Shown here: positions 55,670 through 59,756 of the stretch, piece after piece
How positions within the stretch are numbered: position 1 is the stretch's first letter
How the letters are laid out: the number at the start of each line of letters is the position of its first letter
From: Candidatus Bathyarchaeia archaeon
GTDB lineage: Archaea > Thermoproteota > Bathyarchaeia > Bathyarchaeales > Bathycorpusculaceae
Reading direction: 5' to 3'
NCBI GenBank assembly: GCA_038817565.1
Contig: JAWAZO010000001.1
Coordinates: forward strand, 1 to 59,756
Length of the DNA stretch: 59,756 nucleotides
The notes under the pieces: model-generated
The model's database searches: none
What the model was told of the DNA's origin: nothing
The model's input: only the letters and a program-made list of their open reading frames with translations
Made by a program: the position numbers and the translations under genes

Positions 55670-56056
55670 ATGCCGCAAAATAAAGAGGAAATGAACGAAA
55701 AAGCAACTGAGGAGCAATATATTAAACGTATGGCTGATCTTCTTCGCCAAGGCCAAACCCTAACAGAATTGGCTTGTCCTGTCTGTGCCTCCCCATTGTT
55801 CCGGCTTAAAAGTGGCGAACTGTGGTGTGCAAGATGCGAGAAAAAAGTGATCGTTGTCAAAGAAGAAACGGAATTGGTGAAGGTGACCAGCGCCCTAAGC
55901 CTTGAAACCCTTGAGGCCACTTTGTTGGCGAAAATACAGGAGATTCAGGAGAAGATGCAGCGTGAAACAGATGTTGAGGAGCTTCAGAAGCTTGGCTCAG
56001 CACTTTCTGGACTTTTAGAAAATCTAGAAAAAGTGAGGAAAGCCAAAAGAATCTAA
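55670..56056 (+). CDS. Zinc-ribbon protein (Sjogren/scleroderma autoantigen-1-like, UPF0148)
   Basis: MADLLRQGQTLTELACPVCASPLFRLKSGELWCARCEKKV followed by a coiled-coil tail. Confidence 0.65.
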   Translation: MPQNKEEMNEKATEEQYIKRMADLLRQGQTLTELACPVCASPLFRLKSGELWCARCEKKVIVVKEETELVKVTSALSLETLEATLLAKIQEIQEKMQRETDVEELQKLGSALSGLLENLEKVRKAKRI

Positions 56057-56083
56057 CTTTAAAACTTTAGGGAAGGGATAGGG

Positions 56084-56584
56084 ATGCTTGGCTTTTACGA
56101 AAATTTTCCAATAAGTGTGCAGAAGATTACGCGCTTCGCTGCAACGGTTTCAAGTAAAACGATTCAAAAAGCCTTGGTTCAATGTTTAAAGAGACTTAAC
56201 AGCGAAAACTTACGCCTAGAAGATGTAACAAGTCCCTCTACCTTCGACTGTACGGTTATCTTTGAGTTTGGAATAGCTGATGGCGACACATTCAACTACA
56301 TAGACTCGGAAGAGGCGTGGAAGGTTTTAGGAGAAATCCAAAAAGCTTCACTCAGGATAATGGACCTTTTCTGTGCCGTGCGATATTACAAGGAGCATGG
56401 TGGAAGGAAGTTTCCTTTAAAGTTTGACTACTACATGCTCCGCCTAATATTTAACCCGGGTTCTATAGAAGTGCTCATTTTTCATGAAAGGGGACCGAGA
56501 CATCTACCACCAGAAGATCTCATAAACCTGATAATTGAGAGGGTTAACAAGCTCTTTCCGAGAAAAGTTTTGAAGGCTGTTTAG
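56084..56584 (+). CDS. Hypothetical protein
   Basis: 166-aa ORF with ATG after GGGAAGGGATAGGG. No motif recognised. Confidence 0.5.
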   Translation: MLGFYENFPISVQKITRFAATVSSKTIQKALVQCLKRLNSENLRLEDVTSPSTFDCTVIFEFGIADGDTFNYIDSEEAWKVLGEIQKASLRIMDLFCAVRYYKEHGGRKFPLKFDYYMLRLIFNPGSIEVLIFHERGPRHLPPEDLINLIIERVNKLFPRKVLKAV

Positions 56585-57180
56585 CAGCCCTTTAAGCGAT
56601 CTAAAACAGTTAATAAAATTTCCCTAGCAACTTCCCCCTTTGATTTATTTCCATTTACCTTGACAAGCTCGCCGTTTTCAACAAATTTCATATAGACTTC
56701 CCGAACTTTACGTTGGGTTTCAAGATTTTCCATGACGGATCTTTTTGATTTCAGCCTCTTGATAACAGTGTCTGGTTCCACATCTATAAAAATTGCCAAA
56801 TTAGGCGGTATTGCATGCTCATTTATCTTTCTAATCCAGTCTAGGTTTAGCCCCACCGCCCCTTGATATGCCAAGGAAGAATAGAGGTAGCGGTCGGAAA
56901 CCACTATTTTTCCATCTCTTAAGGCTGGAATTATTTCAGTTTCCACGTGTTCGTAGCGGTCAGCAGCGAAAAGTAACGCTTCAACTATGCTGGAGACTCG
57001 TTTGCCGCCATGGAGGCAGTACCTCTTTATAAATTTTCCAATTTTTCCACGGCTGGGTTCAGCCGTGTAAACCGCGTCATAACCAATCTTCCTCAGCTTT
57101 CTCACGAGAATTTTGGCTTGAGTTGTTTTTCCGCAGCCATCTAGGCCTTCTACGCATATGAAGAATCCTAGTTTTTTCAA
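56581..57180 (-). CDS. tmk: Thymidylate kinase
   Basis: P-loop VEGLDGCGKTT, DRY motif region, about 200 aa. Confidence 0.85.
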   Translation of the reverse strand: MKKLGFFICVEGLDGCGKTTQAKILVRKLRKIGYDAVYTAEPSRGKIGKFIKRYCLHGGKRVSSIVEALLFAADRYEHVETEIIPALRDGKIVVSDRYLYSSLAYQGAVGLNLDWIRKINEHAIPPNLAIFIDVEPDTVIKRLKSKRSVMENLETQRKVREVYMKFVENGELVKVNGNKSKGEVAREILLTVLDRLKGC

Positions 57181-57264
57181 TGTTCTGTCCCTCAGTCGGC
57201 ATTAGACATTATAAGAGGAGTTTGCATTAATAATTGTTAAGTCACGGTCGACGGAGAATGTGCA

Positions 57265-58545
57265 ATGCTGAGAAGCTATTGGGGTGAAATAAAAGATCCT
57301 GTGCATGGATACGTTTACATAACAGAGGAAGAGAAGGAAATCATTGACTCTTATCCAGTTCAAAGGCTCCGCAGGCTAAGGCAGCTGGCTGGCGCCGAAT
57401 ATGTTTATCCCGGAGCCAATCACACGCGCTTTGAACATTCCATAGGCGTCATGTACTTGGCTGGCAGGGTGGTTGAAAACCCAAACATTTCCCAGTTGAT
57501 AAGCGAGGAAGAGGCTGAAGCGGTGCGGATTGCCGGTTTGCTTCACGATGTTGGGCATGGTCCCTTTTCCCATGTTTTTGAACATTTGTTGACGAAGAAG
57601 CTTAACAAAACCCATGAGGACATGACTGCATGGATAATCAAGCACAGTGAGCTAAAGGATTTGCTTGCCAGTTTTGGATATGAAGCCGAAGATATAGCCG
57701 AGCTTGCTGTTGGCTCCTTTTCTATACGAGGGAAAGCCTTCCTAAACCAGATAATAAGGAGTTCCATAGATGTTGACAAGTTAGATTTCGTTGTTAGAGA
57801 CACCTATCACACAGGCGCCGAGTACGGTTTCGTGGATGTTTTCCGTCTAATCCATACTTTTGACGTTTTGGATGGAAACTTAGCTGTCGATATTGGGGCA
57901 CTTTCAACCCTTGAATCCTTCATAATAGCTCGAATAGAATCCTTCAAAAGCATATACTTCCACCGTGTTGGGAGGGCAGCCCAGATAATGTTGGCAAAAG
58001 CCCTTGAAAAGGCAGACGAAGAGTTGGGCTTGTCTACTTTTAAGACGCCAGAGGAATATTTGGCAATGGACGACTACACAGTTTGGACTATGCTCAAGAA
58101 CTGCAAGGAATCCAGCCCAATTATAAGGAATCTTGAGAGGCGGAGAATGTTGAAATGCGCCTACGAGCAGACATTTTATGTCAAGGACAAAACTGTTTCA
58201 AACATTTTTAGCGCCGAAGAGTTCCGCAACCAGATAAGAAACAAGATCGCCAAAGATGCCAAAGTCGACCCTGAAGCCATAATTATTGATGTGCCAACAG
58301 TGCCTTCTGTTCCATATCACCATTCCATGTTTATGGAGCCTATGGAAATTCCGGTTTTTGGAAAAACCCGTGACGGCAAAAAAGAGTTTAAGAGGCTTAG
58401 CGAAATTTCCGGAATATTCGAAGTCTTAAAAGGTTTCATAAACATTTTAAGGGTTTACACGGATGAAGGAAACCGTGAAAGAGTGGCTGAGGCAGCCTCA
58501 AAAATTCTCGGCGAAATTCCATCATCAGCCAAAATATCCTATTGA
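57265..58545 (+). CDS. HD-domain phosphohydrolase (dNTP triphosphohydrolase/SAMHD1-like)
   Basis: HTRFEHSIGV, LLHDVGHGPFSH, DVDKLDFVVRD. Confidence 0.8.
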   Translation: MLRSYWGEIKDPVHGYVYITEEEKEIIDSYPVQRLRRLRQLAGAEYVYPGANHTRFEHSIGVMYLAGRVVENPNISQLISEEEAEAVRIAGLLHDVGHGPFSHVFEHLLTKKLNKTHEDMTAWIIKHSELKDLLASFGYEAEDIAELAVGSFSIRGKAFLNQIIRSSIDVDKLDFVVRDTYHTGAEYGFVDVFRLIHTFDVLDGNLAVDIGALSTLESFIIARIESFKSIYFHRVGRAAQIMLAKALEKADEELGLSTFKTPEEYLAMDDYTVWTMLKNCKESSPIIRNLERRRMLKCAYEQTFYVKDKTVSNIFSAEEFRNQIRNKIAKDAKVDPEAIIIDVPTVPSVPYHHSMFMEPMEIPVFGKTRDGKKEFKRLSEISGIFEVLKGFINILRVYTDEGNRERVAEAASKILGEIPSSAKISY

Positions 58546-58556
58546 AAGGGCTTAAA

Positions 58557-58973
58557 ATGGCTAAGTGCAAAATTTTGCGGGGGCGCGGAGTAATCGAAGG
58601 ATACTGCAAAGCGGAGGCACTTGTCTCCACAATGCCCATAAGCTTCCTTGGAGATGTCGACCCGGAAACTGGAAAGATCATTGAAAAGAGGCATGACTTA
58701 TACGGCGAATCCATAAAGGATAGGGTTTTATGCTTCCCCCATGGACATGGTTCAACCGTCGGCAGCTACGTTTTATATTCGCTGGCGAAAAAGGGTTTAG
58801 CGCCAAAAGCCATAATAAACCAAAAGGCTGACCCAGTCATAGTTGTTGGCGCGGTTATCGCGAATATCCCAATGGTAGACAAAATAGACATAGACAAGAT
58901 TAAGAGTGGCGACCTAATTGAAGTTGACGCTTACAAAGGAACTGTTAAAATTCTAAGATCAGTGGAGGGTTGA
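58557..58973 (+). CDS. Aconitase X swivel-domain protein (DUF126; small subunit of phosphomevalonate dehydratase type)
   Basis: GRGVIEGYCKAEALVSTMPISFLGDVDPETGKI, FPHGHGSTVGSYVLY, APKAIINQKADPV. The track start is TTG 58542; ATG 58557 is preferred. Confidence 0.8.
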   Translation: MAKCKILRGRGVIEGYCKAEALVSTMPISFLGDVDPETGKIIEKRHDLYGESIKDRVLCFPHGHGSTVGSYVLYSLAKKGLAPKAIINQKADPVIVVGAVIANIPMVDKIDIDKIKSGDLIEVDAYKGTVKILRSVEG

Positions 58974-58980
58974 AGGCACG

Positions 58981-59756
58981 TATTTAACCAAGGAGGAAGA
59001 GCGCATTTACGATGGCGAATTCGGCTGGGCGAAGCAAATCTGCATGAAAATACTTGTCAAACTTGGAGAGCTTTTTGATGCTTCTAGGCTTATACCCATA
59101 GACTCAGCCCACGTTTCAGGAGTTTCATATAAAACCCTCGGCGAGGCACCTACAGATTTCCTAGAGGCTTTGGCGAACGCAAATGAAAGAGTCAGTGTTG
59201 AGTCAACCCTTAACCCCAAAAGTTTGGACCAACAATACTTAGCAACGAGACTGCCGAAAAGTCTTGTTGAGATGCAATTGAAGCTCTGCGAAATTTTTGA
59301 TAAGCTTGGCTTCCAAAAATCCTTCACATGCACACCCTACTACATTAGAGAGCCAAGGAAAGGCTCTCACTTAGCATGGGCTGAATCATCAGCCGTTGTT
59401 TACGCCAACTCTATTTTAGGAGCTTGGACAAACAGGGAAGGAGGCCCAAGCGCTCTGGCGGCAGCCATCATCGGCAAAACACCAGACTGCGGAATGCATA
59501 AAACCGAAAACCGCATGCCAAAAGTTGTCGCCGAAGTGAAGGCTCCTCTAGAAAATGAGGTTGATTACGGAGCCCTCGGAATATTTTTAGGCAAAATCTT
59601 GGAAGACAAAATCCCAATAATTAAAGGCTTAAAAAACCCATCACTTGAAGACCTCAAACAATTAGGCGCCGCGCTCGCTTCCGCAGGCATGGTGAACATG
59701 TTCTATTATAGAGAAAGTGCCAAATTAGAAGAAAACTTTGAAAGAATAACAGTTGA
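58981..59756 (+). CDS. Aconitase X catalytic-domain protein (DUF521; large subunit), partial, runs off the window
   Basis: Open frame from 58957 to the window end. It encodes YLTKEEERIYDGEFGWAKQICMKILVKLGELFDASRLIPIDSAHVSGVSYKT...FTCTPYY...AWAESSAVVYANS. No ATG/GTG/TTG occurs before 59044, so the 5' boundary is uncertain. Confidence 0.8.

Noticed and set aside
58964-58973. prfB-like programmed +1 frameshift (GGAGGG then T TGA) fusing the AcnX small and large subunits
   Set aside because: The frame arithmetic works and an SD-like element precedes the stop. However, the P-site codon GGT would have to re-pair on GTT, which is poor. I kept it only as a minor alternative within the start-codon finding.
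59007-59333. 108-aa minus-strand ORF in the track
   Set aside because: It is antisense to the clearly conserved AcnX large-subunit frame. The same reasoning applies to the many antisense or alternative-frame ORFs in the track, e.g. 6155-6571, 24398-24832, 35201-35794, 30192-30701 and 46261-46656.
1-59756. CRISPR arrays, rRNA genes, IS elements, transposases, integrases
   Set aside because: None seen. No regularly spaced direct repeats and no DDE, tyrosine-recombinase or serine-recombinase-like ORFs were found among the translated frames.

Overview
This is a gene-dense (about 90% coding) archaeal chromosomal segment. The archaeal assignment rests on class I lysyl-tRNA synthetase, membrane LonB, Hjc resolvase, ribosomal protein L35Ae, a single-OB crenarchaeal-type SSB, aconitase-X (archaeal mevalonate pathway), a thiolase plus HMG-CoA synthase pair, tungsten-type aldehyde:ferredoxin oxidoreductase and a multi-intron tRNA. 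Together these point to the TACK/Thermoproteota side (Bathyarchaeia-like), but that placement is inference only. I call about 68 protein genes, one tRNA-Trp(CCA) that needs two introns removed, and an orphan tRNA 3' fragment next to a RadA-like remnant. I found no CRISPR array, rRNA, transposase or integrase. No clearly defined novel system stands out. The best candidates for follow-up are: (1) the two-intron tRNA-Trp, whose long intron is complementary to both splice junctions in a box C/D guide-like way. (2) A 0.7 kb G/T-skewed, gene-poor patch with the tRNA fragment and RecA-fold relic. (3) An 850 bp non-coding block with 16-nt inverted repeats. (4) A 5 kb cluster (B12-radical SAM, methyltransferase, LigD-type phosphoesterase, MFS, two small ORFs) bracketed by a duplicated 36-nt promoter-region motif. 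(5) The AcnX large subunit, which has no canonical start codon. (6) Strong operator-like palindromes. (7) An over-represented AAACGTTT palindrome. All family calls are made by eye from motifs. No database search was possible.
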